Shown here piece after piece: positions 1 through 10,203 of a stretch of DNA of 51,284 nucleotides (the first letter of the stretch is position 1; each line of letters begins with the position of its first letter). The stretch comes from Vitrella brassicaformis CCMP3155 (lineage: Eukaryota; Protista; Chromerida), in the NCBI GenBank assembly GCA_001179505.1, contig CDMY01000564.1, positions 1 to 51,284 on the forward strand, given 5' to 3'. A model generated the notes under the pieces. The model was given only the letters and a program-made list of their open reading frames with translations, was not told where the DNA came from and made no database searches. The position numbers and the translations under genes are program-made.

Positions 1-1027
1 CCACCACACCAGCTTGTGCTGCTAGCCTCATTCTGACCATCCTTGTCTCTCTGTCCATTAGGTTTCGGCCCATGAAGAACCTCGCCACCCTGCCGTTCTT
101 CCCTCTGTTGATCGGGTTCCGGACTGCCAGCGGCCCGACCAAAGAAGGCAGTCTCATCATCCCGCTCCATCGGCTGGCACTCATCAGCCGGATCGACACA
201 TGTGGGCTAACGTCCAAGGCAGGCTGCCGCCGTAGCCGCCTTCTCCCCTTGGTCGCCACGAGTGGATGGATCTCTCTCTGTACGCTTACGCCGACTCGCG
301 GTAGACGCACGAGCCAACGCCGAAACCTCTTCCTGCTGCCTCCCGCAGCCAACAATGGGTACCCTAGGATTATGTACCCCATTCCTATCATTCCTGAGTG
401 CTCGGTCAGTGTGGGGGCCAGTCAACGCTTCTGCCATGGACAACGTCCTCCCAGGCTCCTGCAAGAGCGCATCACCTTGACGCACCACTCCATCAGTAAG
501 CGACAAATCAGTGTCTGCATGCATTGCTCTGACTACTTGGTGGTTCCCTTGTGGTGTGTGTAGGGCGGTCTCTCCTTCTATTGTGTCCCCTCGCCCGCCC
601 TACTGCAGAGGAGCTATTCGGTTTCCAGCTGCAGGTGAGCTGGTGGTGGTGTGAGAGCAGGAGGGGCTACATGATTGGGCTCCAGTCTGATTGTGTTTGC
701 CCCTGTTGTCTGTGGTGTAGTCTGTGTCCGCGCTGCCGTCTGGCGCCTCGGACGAATTCTCGACAATCTCGCCATCGGTGGCCTTGCTTCTCGCACCAAT
801 CACAGTAGCCATAAAAGGACCGCTGTGTCGGCACGTCTCCCCTGTTTCTGTCCCACGGTGGGCGTCTCGCCTCTTGTGTAGGTGGATTGGATGGGCCATG
901 TCCCATTTCCTTGATGCTCTCGATGACCTCTGCCTTCATGGCGTTGACAGAGGCACGCACCGACTCAACACACTCCTCGCCTGACTCTCCTGTTTTGGCT
1001 CTGTTGGGTGGCTGCTCAGGTTGCTGG
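1..1027 (-). repeat. Apparently identical copy of 1380-2406 (3' half of gag-like retroelement ORF and downstream region), offset 1379 bp, abutting an N gap
   Basis: Sequence and ORF-track peptides repeat with offset 1379 (e.g. ORF 72..563 = 1451..1942; 207..524 = 1586..1903). Confidence 0.95.
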
Positions 1028-1327
1028 NNNNNNNNNNNNNNNNNNNNNNNNNNNNNNNNNNNNNNNNNNNNNNNNNNNNNNNNNNNNNNNNNNNNNNNNN
1101 NNNNNNNNNNNNNNNNNNNNNNNNNNNNNNNNNNNNNNNNNNNNNNNNNNNNNNNNNNNNNNNNNNNNNNNNNNNNNNNNNNNNNNNNNNNNNNNNNNNN
1201 NNNNNNNNNNNNNNNNNNNNNNNNNNNNNNNNNNNNNNNNNNNNNNNNNNNNNNNNNNNNNNNNNNNNNNNNNNNNNNNNNNNNNNNNNNNNNNNNNNNN
1301 NNNNNNNNNNNNNNNNNNNNNNNNNNN
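1028..1327. other. Assembly gap (300 N)
   Basis: Run of N; the same 300-nt length as the other two gaps, so probably a placeholder size. Confidence 0.99.
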
Positions 1328-2045
1328 CCCGTTCGAGTCGTCATCAACATGATGCACACGTGCACCAGCCATCGGTGCGCCACCACACCAGCTTGTGCTG
1401 CTAGCCTCATTCTGACCATCCTTGTCTCTCTGTCCATTAGGTTTCGGCCCATGAAGAACCTCGCCACCCTGCCGTTCTTCCCTCTGTTGATCGGGTTCCG
1501 GACTGCCAGCGGCCCGACCAAAGAAGGCAGTCTCATCATCCCGCTCCATCGGCTGGCACTCATCAGCCGGATCGACACATGTGGGCTAACGTCCAAGGCA
1601 GGCTGCCGCCGTAGCCGCCTTCTCCCCTTGGTCGCCACGAGTGGATGGATCTCTCTCTGTACGCTTACGCCGACTCGCGGTAGACGCACGAGCCAACGCC
1701 GAAACCTCTTCCTGCTGCCTCCCGCAGCCAACAATGGGTACCCTAGGATTATGTACCCCATTCCTATCATTCCTGAGTGCTCGGTCAGTGTGGGGGCCAG
1801 TCAACGCTTCTGCCATGGACAACGTCCTCCCAGGCTCCTGCAAGAGCGCATCACCTTGACGCACCACTCCATCAGTAAGCGACAAATCAGTGTCTGCATG
1901 CATTGCTCTGACTACTTGGTGGTTCCCTTGTGGTGTGTGTAGGGCGGTCTCTCCTTCTATTGTGTCCCCTCGCCCGCCCTACTGCAGAGGAGCTATTCGG
2001 TTTCCAGCTGCAGGTGAGCTGGTGGTGGTGTGAGAGCAGGAGGGG

Positions 2046-3313
2046 CTACATGATTGGGCTCCAGTCTGATTGTGTTTGCCCCTGTTGTCTGTGGTGTAGT
2101 CTGTGTCCGCGCTGCCGTCTGGCGCCTCGGACGAATTCTCGACAATCTCGCCATCGGTGGCCTTGCTTCTCGCACCAATCACAGTAGCCATAAAAGGACC
2201 GCTGTGTCGGCACGTCTCCCCTGTTTCTGTCCCACGGTGGGCGTCTCGCCTCTTGTGTAGGTGGATTGGATGGGCCATGTCCCATTTCCTTGATGCTCTC
2301 GATGACCTCTGCCTTCATGGCGTTGACAGAGGCACGCACCGACTCAACACACTCCTCGCCTGACTCTCCTGTTTTGGCTCTGTTGGGTGGCTGCTCAGGT
2401 TGCTGGCCGACCGCGCGTATCTCATATCGAGCGGCTTTTGACGGTCGTGTCATTTCGGCGTCACTCTCTTCCTCTTCATCCAGTGGGTGCTTGCGCGCGC
2501 GCATCACAATCACTTCAGCGTCAAAGCCGATATCCTTGATGGCGCTGAATGAGCGTGGGTCGGTGTTCTTGGGGTATATTTCGTCCCTCAGCTGGCGCTG
2601 CAAGCCACTGATGAATAGGTCGACTGCCTCTGGCTCTGGTTTGCTTGACTTGTCGTAGAGTTCGTAGAACTCATCGTATGCTTCCTCGAATGTCTGCTTG
2701 GGCTTTTGCCGCCATGCTTTCATGGTCTCTGCGATCACGAGTGCCTCTGATGGCTTCTGGCCGAATTCCTTTTGTAAGTAGCCTAAGAGCAGCTCTAGCT
2801 GTACTGCCTCATTGCTACCCATCGGTTCACCCTTCTGAGTGCAGTGCCTTGCAGTGCAGCCATGACGTATGGCAGTATTTGACCTCTCTCGAGGTTATGC
2901 ACTTGCTCATTTGCCCTGACCCCCTCAATGAATGCATTGACAGCAAGGTCTGACGTGCCTTTGAAAGCCTGGAGGTTCACGGATGGCCTCTGTATGTCAT
3001 GTGCTGGCATGCGGTCACCCTGGCCAAAAAGACGGCTGCTGCCTTCATGCACATCAGTGTGTGAGAGGTCGATTGGGCTACTTGTGCCATCATTGGCATG
3101 CGCCAGTGCGCCTTGTTCGTGCGGTGCCTCATCTCTGGCTGAGACACCAGCTACATTTGCGTGTGAGGTTTCCTCGGTGGGTCGAATCACTTCACGTGAT
3201 GCTTCACTCAAACGTGTCCTTTGCTTCCTCGGCTTAGCCGCCTTGGTGATCGGCTTCGCCGCATGTGCAGGAGAGGACTCCTGCGTATTCCGACCGCTGC
3301 GGGTCTTCGCCAT
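2046..3313 (-). mobile_element. gag: Degenerate Ty3/Gypsy-like LTR-retrotransposon gag with CCHC zinc knuckle and one frameshift near 2825-2835
   Basis: MAKTRSG start at 3313. Capsid-like PSVNLQAFKG...AFIEGV...LQGTAL in ORF 2795..3364 continues in another frame (ORF 2046..2822: LQKEFG...AWRQKPKQTFEEAYDEF...FISGLQRQLR). Zinc knuckle CDWCEKQGHRWRDC fits C-X2-C-X4-H-X4-C. No introns. No protease/RT motif seen downstream. Confidence 0.8.
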
Positions 3314-3771
3314 TGTGTCCAGTCTGTCGTCCAAACACGATGTCACTCGATCGCCGTGCTCCAAAATGCTCCCGGGTCGGCTTGTGGTTGTGCCGATGGA
3401 GCGGTGTCTAGTAGTAGAATGGGTGAGTTATGTAACTTTGAACGACGAACACTATGCCAACCTCCAGAGGGCCCGAGTGGCCACACTGGAGCGTGAAAAA
3501 GCTTTACCAAGCAACATTGAATCAACAGTTCAACAGTCCAATGCCAACTCATTCAGTTTTAACACCATTTTCCCCGATCTTGCTCCTGTTTTGTCCTTCC
3601 CTAACTCCCTTGGCATGTCAGTTTCATAGCTGCTCAATTCGTGGTTAAGGGTAAGATTGTCCGTGTGTCCATGCGCTGGGACGGTCGATTACATGTTCGC
3701 ATCTAAACTATTGACAGCAACGATCAAAACATTCGCTACCTACCCATGCCCCACCCACCCACACCCTGCAA

Positions 3772-4049
3772 TCAACGAGGGTGGAAAGGCCCCCGCTCTA
3801 GCAGCAGCCCCTCAGCAAAACCCACCCTCTCCTGCCCATTCCACCTACTTGCCCGCCACGCCCTGCTCCGCACCATGTGTGCGTTGCCCTTTTGCAGCAG
3901 CACACTAAGTCGAGCCCACCACCTCTCCACTGCTGTCTCACGCCCTCCTCCATATAGACAGGTGGCCGCATGTGCCGGGCCATACGGTTGAGAAGGGCAG
4001 CTGCCTCGTCCCCCCACCGCCCGTAGCTCTCCGCCGATAGTGGCTCAAT
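3772..4049 (-). mobile_element. 3' fragment of a non-LTR retrotransposon (restriction-like-endonuclease clade, CRE/R2/NeSL-like C-terminus), frameshifted
   Basis: IEPLSAESYGRWGDEAAALLNRMAR, then after a frameshift near 3945 RWWARLSVLLQKGNAHMV. These match the conserved C-terminal motifs P-x-A-x-E-(T/S)-x-G-x-WG and RLS-x-x-LQ-(R/K)-GNA of RLE non-LTR elements. Confidence 0.7.
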
Positions 4050-4190
4050 TCTAGAACACGGCAGAGATGCTGACATCTCCCTCCCTTCATCAGCGCAGCG
4101 GTATATCATCAATGATGAGGTGAAATGCTCTTCAGTGTCATGTTTCTTCTCGTGTGTTAACTGTCCGTGTGTCATTTCATGCCACCCTGT

Positions 4191-4338
4191 AGCAGCGGCC
4201 GTGCGTTTGGAGTCCCGCTGTCAGGTTTCCTGGATCAGCGGTCCACATCTCAAACGAATACGCTATCCGCGTATACGCAAGGCTAAAGAGAGAAGCACTC
4301 TCCTATAGCGCTTCGAGAGCGAGAGGAAGGCCGCTGCT
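4191..4338. mobile_element. 148-bp MITE-like or structured element with 10-bp perfect TIR and 3-bp TSD (TGT)
   Basis: AGCAGCGGCC (4191-4200) and GGCCGCTGCT (4329-4338) are reverse complements. TGT flanks both sides (4188-4190, 4339-4341). Several nested internal stems. Confidence 0.55.
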
Positions 4339-4973
4339 TGTCTGATCATGGTCGTTGACTCGCTGTTTCACTGCAAATGCTTCCCAGTGCTCTGAGGAGA
4401 GCCATTCATGCTGCTTCCTTGCTTGTTTGCCTCGCTGCTTCTGTTGTGCTCGCTTGGCCTCGCTTTGGCGGCCCCGATCTCGGCTCTTTGTGGGTGTTTG
4501 ACGGTGAAATTCGGTTCACAGTGATCAGTGAGGCACGCTGGACCACATGCAGGTCATTGCGACGGCTCACAATGAATGAATGTCACTGGCTTGTAAAATG
4601 CACAACATTCACAACGGATAAATGGGATTTTTCCCATTTAAGCAGGGTCCCACTTATCCGAGGCCCACAGTAGCGTCTTTGATTGGTGGTTGACTCATTG
4701 GTGAGGGAACAGTCTTCAAAGTCCGTTTAATTCTGTGTTGGGGAACCTCGGCTATAGCTTAATTGGTTTCTCAACATTTTCAATGAGAAAGAGTCCGTTT
4801 GAGAAGACTGTGCCTCACTCATTTTCGGTGGGACATACACTCATTTTCGGTGTGTCTCGCGACGGTCCTGTTTTGTTCTGTTTACGTTTTGTGGATGTGA
4901 TGCAGCCAGCCTGGGGCAGGCTACACGCGCAGGTACTACTAGAGTCCGGATGGTGCGTCAATACATACGGACC

Positions 4974-5192
4974 TCAGGTGAGGAGATTCTCAGTGCACTT
5001 GTTTCCTTTCCACTTGTGGAAATGCATTTCCGTATGGTTGAAGTGGGAACAGCGTAGGGAGCTCTTCCAGCCGTGCCTGACCGTGGCCACTCGGAGTCCT
5101 CGGTCACCCGCGAGACGGGCAGAGGCGTCTCCTGGGTCACCCTCGTCCTCAGAGTCGCCTGTCAGGTCAATGGGAGCAGGAGGGGCAGACAT
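4974..5192 (-). CDS. Hypothetical protein (probable first exon or small ORF) with SIM-like IDLTGDSEDE motif
   Basis: ORF MSAPPAPIDLTGDSEDE...; the hydrophobic-acidic motif resembles a SUMO-interacting motif. Downstream exons not resolved. Confidence 0.3.
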   Translation of the reverse strand: MSAPPAPIDLTGDSEDEGDPGDASARLAGDRGLRVATVRHGWKSSLRCSHFNHTEMHFHKWKGNKCTENLLT

Positions 5193-5744
5193 CTGACGGG
5201 GAAAGGCAGGAAGTCCGTTTGGTTGGAAGAAAACAGGCGACGAGTTGGGGATGGGTACGAGTTAGAGCCGTCTTCAAGCTCATCACACACTCGCACACAT
5301 GAACAAAGCCATGTAGAGAGACGGACAGACGCAGACAAGCTTTCTTCATCGGTTGCAGAGAGTGTTTGGTGGGAGGTATTGCTGCCGATGGGGCGAGATA
5401 CAGCAGTCGGGTGTGAAGGCGCAAGTATGACGGTGTAGTTGACGGGAAGTGGAGACGCGCGACACGCATGCTGATTGGCGCCTGATGGAATGATTGAATA
5501 CGCAGGCAGCGAGGGAGGCTCTCCAGATTTGCCGTGTGGGAGAATCATGACAGAAAGCATTCCTCTTTAATCGTATGGCTTTGGACAAGCGCCAGCTAGG
5601 CACTCGACGGACTTGTCCCGGACAGACACTCGATAGCTAAAGATTCATTCATCAAACGGACAGTGTCGGATGTGACTCGAAGAGAGATACGAATGGACCT
5701 CCAAAAACGCAGGATATTAACGCACAGCCAACGTTGTCCTTACA

Positions 5745-6640
5745 CATACACCTCCTGTACACTCAACATGTGGCGCTCTTCGAGTCTGTCACAAACCTAT
5801 CGGCGACAACAAAACTTCATTCATCACACACGTTTCCTCAGTGCCAGTCGAAGCAAAGACACATTTCATGCACAGACAGGCGTCATTCACGCACCTCAAA
5901 ACTGCCATTCACGCATGCCACGCCATGAGCCCCTCAATTCCTTTGGAGTGGGTGCTACACGAGACCCAGACATTCACATGCATGTCTGGCTAGCGAAATT
6001 CACCCCTCAACTACTTCTTCTTATGTCAAATTCCGTGTTACCGGCGGGGGGCCATAGACGGACCCCTTGGCCGCTGCCACATAGCTGTTGTGCGGGGAGG
6101 AGCTGGGGGGGATGGGCTGCCGATCGTCTGCTCTTCTCGCAGCCGCTTGCGTCGATTCGCGGGGTGCCGGTACAGCCTGGGGAGGACCTGACGGCGTGAC
6201 GTGATGTCATGGCTTCGCATGTTCAGCTTCAACACAGACAGATTCATCAAGAACCTACATACATCACAAGCAGCACTGAATGCGGCCGCTCTTGGCTTCC
6301 GTCGTCTGCGTACGCGAACAGGCAACCATCTCCGTTGGAACCATAGATGTTGTTATTGTGAAGCATGTTCGTTTGCAAGTGCTTGAAGTGTGTCTCGGGC
6401 GGATCGGGATGCACGCTCTTGGCGGTGCCCGTGATACATGCTCACAGCTGTAGCCCGGTTTGTTGCACATCCTCGAGCCGAACCTTGGTGAAGGGGGCGG
6501 CAGACAGGCCCTGAGCCTCGAGCACTTGCAGAGCGTTGGTCACACGAAGGCGCTTGAAATGGAGGTCGGAGATATCAGGGACGGCTGTCGTGTCGTACCC
6601 ATCATGTGGATGACCTGCATGTGCCAGGACGAAAAGCAGC
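5745..6640 (-). pseudogene. Partial tandem duplicate of the GH28 gene 3' end (last two exons plus 3' flank), frameshifted
   Basis: Aligns to 6915-7801. 6471-6640 is identical to 7632-7801. A 23-nt deletion at 6462/6463 relative to 7601-7623 shifts the frame (EDVQ|QTGLQL*). The rest is visibly diverged. No upstream catalytic exons. Confidence 0.85.
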
Positions 6641-7124
6641 GCAAGCGTAGGTAGCTCGACCTGTGTGAACAGACCTGTAGTGCTAACCTCGTATCTTGAG
6701 GCGGGGGCACATTCTCGACCTGCCCACACGGGAGGATTGAACGCTTTGGTGACCCCACACGTGAGGATTTATGACACTTTCCCACGTTTGCCGCAGTCAA
6801 TTCGCCCCCGTCCACCAGACATACAGCACAGGAATATGGGGAGACATGGTTCCCAAAAAAGCAGCATGACAGAGTATGCACAAAAGATGCGCAGGCTCAG
6901 ATATCGTTCGATAGCACACGTTCTGTACACTCAGCACGTGCCGCTCTTCGAGCCTGTCACAATCTGACGTCAGCAACAAAACTTGACACACCGAGGCACG
7001 TCCTCAAAACTGTCATGCACATACATACCTCCTACCGCAAGCCCCCAGTTCCTTTGGAGTGGGGCGGGGTGCTGCTACACGAGACCCACATATTCACACG
7101 TACGCAGTCGTAGCCTAGCCACCC

Positions 7125-9511
7125 CTAAGCTGCTTCCTCTGACTCTTCGCCTCTCTGGATTTTTGCGACATCAAAGTTCGCGTTAGCGATCGGCGGGGGG
7201 CCGTAAACGGACTCGCTGGCCGCCATGGACCCGTTGTGCGGGGAGGAGGATGGGCTGTCGGTCTTCTGCGCGTCGCGCACCCGCTTGCGTCGGTTCGCGG
7301 GGTGTGGGTGTAGCCTGGGGAGTACCTGACGGCGTGACGTGACGTCTCGGCTCCGCATGTTCAGCTTCAACACAGACAGATTCATCAAGAACCTACAAAA
7401 GCACACAGAATTGCATACGACCTTTCCTAGCGTCCGGCGTCGTCTCTGCCTACCCGAACAGGCAACCATCTCCGTTGGAACCATAGATGTTATTCTTCTC
7501 CACAATGTTGGTATGCAAGTGCTTGAAGTGTGTCTCGGGGGGCTCAGGGTAGACGTTCTTGGCGGTGCCTGACACGTGCTCACAGCTGTAGGCCGGTTTG
7601 CTGCTGTCAGGGTCGAGGCGCACTTGCACGTCCTCGAGCCGAACCTTGGTGAAGGGGGCGGCAGACAGGCCCTGAGCCTCGAGCACTTGCAGAGCGTTGG
7701 TCACACGAAGGCGCTTGAAATGGAGGTCGGAGATATCAGGGACGGCTGTCGTGTCGTACCCATCATGTGGATGACCTGCATGTGCCAGGACGAAAAGCAG
7801 CACACGGCGTGAGAGAAGTCGAATCTGCGTTTGCTAACCTGTCGTGCTCACCTCTGTAGTATCCGTTAAGCCTGACAGCGACCTGTACATCTTCCATCGT
7901 GCAGTTCATCAGCGTCACGTTTCTGACATAGCCCCCCCTGCCCATGGCCGTCTTGAAGTGGATGCCCTGGCAGCATTTAACGATCTTGTTGTCGTAGATG
8001 AGAACGTTGCTGATGCCCCCACTCATCTCACTGCCCACACAGATGCCCGCGCAACGCGTCGACGATAGGTAGTTATGACGGATCACGATGTTGCGGCATG
8101 GCCGGGCGAACCGATAGCCGTGGTGATCCTGCACACAACAGCCACGCGGTCCCACAATGAAGGCGTCTCAGGACCTCTCGGCTCAGTGTGTTCTTCTCCT
8201 ACCCATCCCGATTTGATGGCGATGGCATCATCCCCAGTCGAAATGTGGTTGTACTCGATGACCACGTTGGCGCTCGAGTCGGGGTTGATGCCATCGGTGT
8301 TCGGCGCGTGGTAGTGGGGCGACAGGATGGTCAGATGGTGGAGGTGCACTGTGTCGCAATACACGGGGTGCACAGTCCAGTGGGGACTGCTCTGAAGAGT
8401 CAGGTAGGACAGCGTCACGTTGCGGCACGACAAAAACTCGACCAAGTGACCACGAGTGACACGCTCCGCTTTGGTTATGCGCCGCTGCCACCTGCATCGA
8501 TCAACGCACAGATACGAGGATACACCGAGTGTATCTTCTTCATCATGGCGCCTCACCATTTCTGGCCCGAGCCGTCGATGACTCCATTGTTGCCCGTGAT
8601 GACGACATCCTCCATGTTGTCCACCTGAATGAAACTCATGTGACGTGGACCCGGATGGTCACGGCCTTGGCCGTATGACTGAACCAAGCAGACACATGCA
8701 TAGATCGCTCGTCGACTGCACTGTGTGACTTCAGACTCGGATGACTGACCGGCAGGGGTGGGATGGGAGGAAAGTCCTCCAAGTCATCAGTGGCCCGAAG
8801 AGTGGCGCCATTCTCGACGAACAAAGTGCAGTGAGAGGTTAGGTGAAAAGGAACAGACTTCCACTCGCCCTCAGGGATATACACAACACCACGGCCCCTC
8901 TTCTGAACAGCCTGAAGAGTTCAGGCAACAGAAAAAGCCAGACTGTCCGAGAGACCTCCAGGCGCTGTTCCTGTTCATGAGGCCCACCTCAACGGTCTTT
9001 CTGATGGCGTCAGTGCACACACCATCGCCTGACCGGGCACCAAAGTCACGGATGTCAAACAAATATCCGCCTCGGTGCGTCAGACATCGAGCGAGGTGAG
9101 AGCTGGCCGGCGCAGGGCCTCCATTACACGACATCGGCGACACGTCACCATCATCCGAGCACTCATCAGACTCGGAGCCAGAGCTCCACAGATCCGAGCT
9201 CGGGATGTCGGTGTCAACCTGCCAGGCACAGGAGCAGAGAAGCAAGCGAGACATACCCAGTCAAGCCGGCAAGGGGCGTTGTAACACCGTACCGCGTCAG
9301 CAGCTGTGGCATTGACGTCAGCGAGATCATGTGCTCGTCTACATGAAGGAGATGACGGCACAAACTCAAGACTGTGCACTCGCCGCCGTGCATGGCGATC
9401 AACGAGAGGCAACTGAAGCGCGAGGGAAGAAGGGGGAGCCATGGGAACGGTCTGTTGGTGAAGGAGGGGAAGGGGCGACAGCGTTCCTTCAGAAAGAGCA
9501 GCAGGAACCAT
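7125..9511 (-). CDS. Glycoside hydrolase family 28 (polygalacturonase/exo-poly-alpha-galacturonosidase-like), multi-exon; start approximate
   Basis: FDIRDFGARSGDG; VYIPEGEWKSVPFHLTSHCTLFV; IDGSGQKWW; SSPHWTVHPVYC; catalytic APNTDGINPDSS and TGDDAIAIKSG; GSEMSGG; IHFKTAMGRGG; C-terminal HPHDGYD...APFTKV...YSCEHVSG. Spliced stop TAG at 7125-7127. Confidence 0.93.
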
Positions 9512-9675
9512 GAACACAGCACAACTCGTGCTTCAAAAAGGGCAAAACTCACAGAACCTTCGCTGGACTGGCGGTCGGATTTGCTCTTCCCTAACTCATT
9601 TGCCTCGCGAATCTCGACAAGGTTTCGCGCCTCCGTATTTCTCTTTGCTCACGCCCCTCTTACGTTTACTCCTCT

Positions 9676-9757
9676 CCTTGGTGCCAAGATCTATCCCGCC
9701 TCTCCGGCTGCTGCGGCATGCCTCTCGGTTCCTCCACGCCACCACTGTGGCTGAGTC
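9676..9757 (+). repeat. Dispersed 82-bp copy of the ChlI transit-peptide coding sequence (15798-15879)
   Basis: CCTTGGTGCCAAGATCTATCCCGCC...CTGTGGCTGAGTC; 81/82 identical (9744 A vs 15866 G). Followed by an in-frame stop (…VAESY*). Confidence 0.93.
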
Positions 9758-10203
9758 CTACTGAGGAAAAAGCTGGAGTTAGGGGCTTAAAGAGACCACT
9801 TGCGTTTTGAGCCCGTGTTGTGCGTCTGAATAGAGTATCACAGGAGGGTGAAAAGGGACACAGAGCGTACGGCTAGGCATCGAGGTGAGATCGACATCAG
9901 CTGCTACCGCAGTCCACATGGAGTTTTTGCGAAGTCACGGTCTATGGGCCCAGGCAGCACCGCCACGGGATTATCCTGCTCTCACCACCATTCACATCAC
10001 ATTCCATTGTCAACAAGACCAGAGGTATCCCATCGCCATCAGAGAGCCGCCATCAAACGTCACCGGCCGTGCATCTGGCTGCGAATCCCACTTCACCATT
10101 TCTCAGGTGCCTCATGGCGCGTAGAGTATCCCAATGCCCGCTGGACCCCACAAACACGCATCATGAACCCACGATTTGTGTGCTTTTGACAAAGCACTTC
10201 CTG

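Noticed and set aside
2825-2840. Programmed -1 frameshift in gag
   Set aside because: No X-XXY-YYZ slippery heptamer, and the shift falls inside the capsid-like domain rather than at a gag-pol junction.
3365-3660. 5' LTR and primer-binding site of the gag element
   Set aside because: A GTTACA LTR-end-like word occurs near 3431-3436, but no tRNA-complementary TGG follows and no partner LTR is in the window.
4191-4338. Known snRNA, SRP RNA, RNase P/MRP or hammerhead/HDV ribozyme
   Set aside because: No U1/U2/U4/U5/U6 signature, Sm site, SRP helix-8 motif or CUGANGA/GAAA core found by eye on either strand. Kept only as an unknown structured element.
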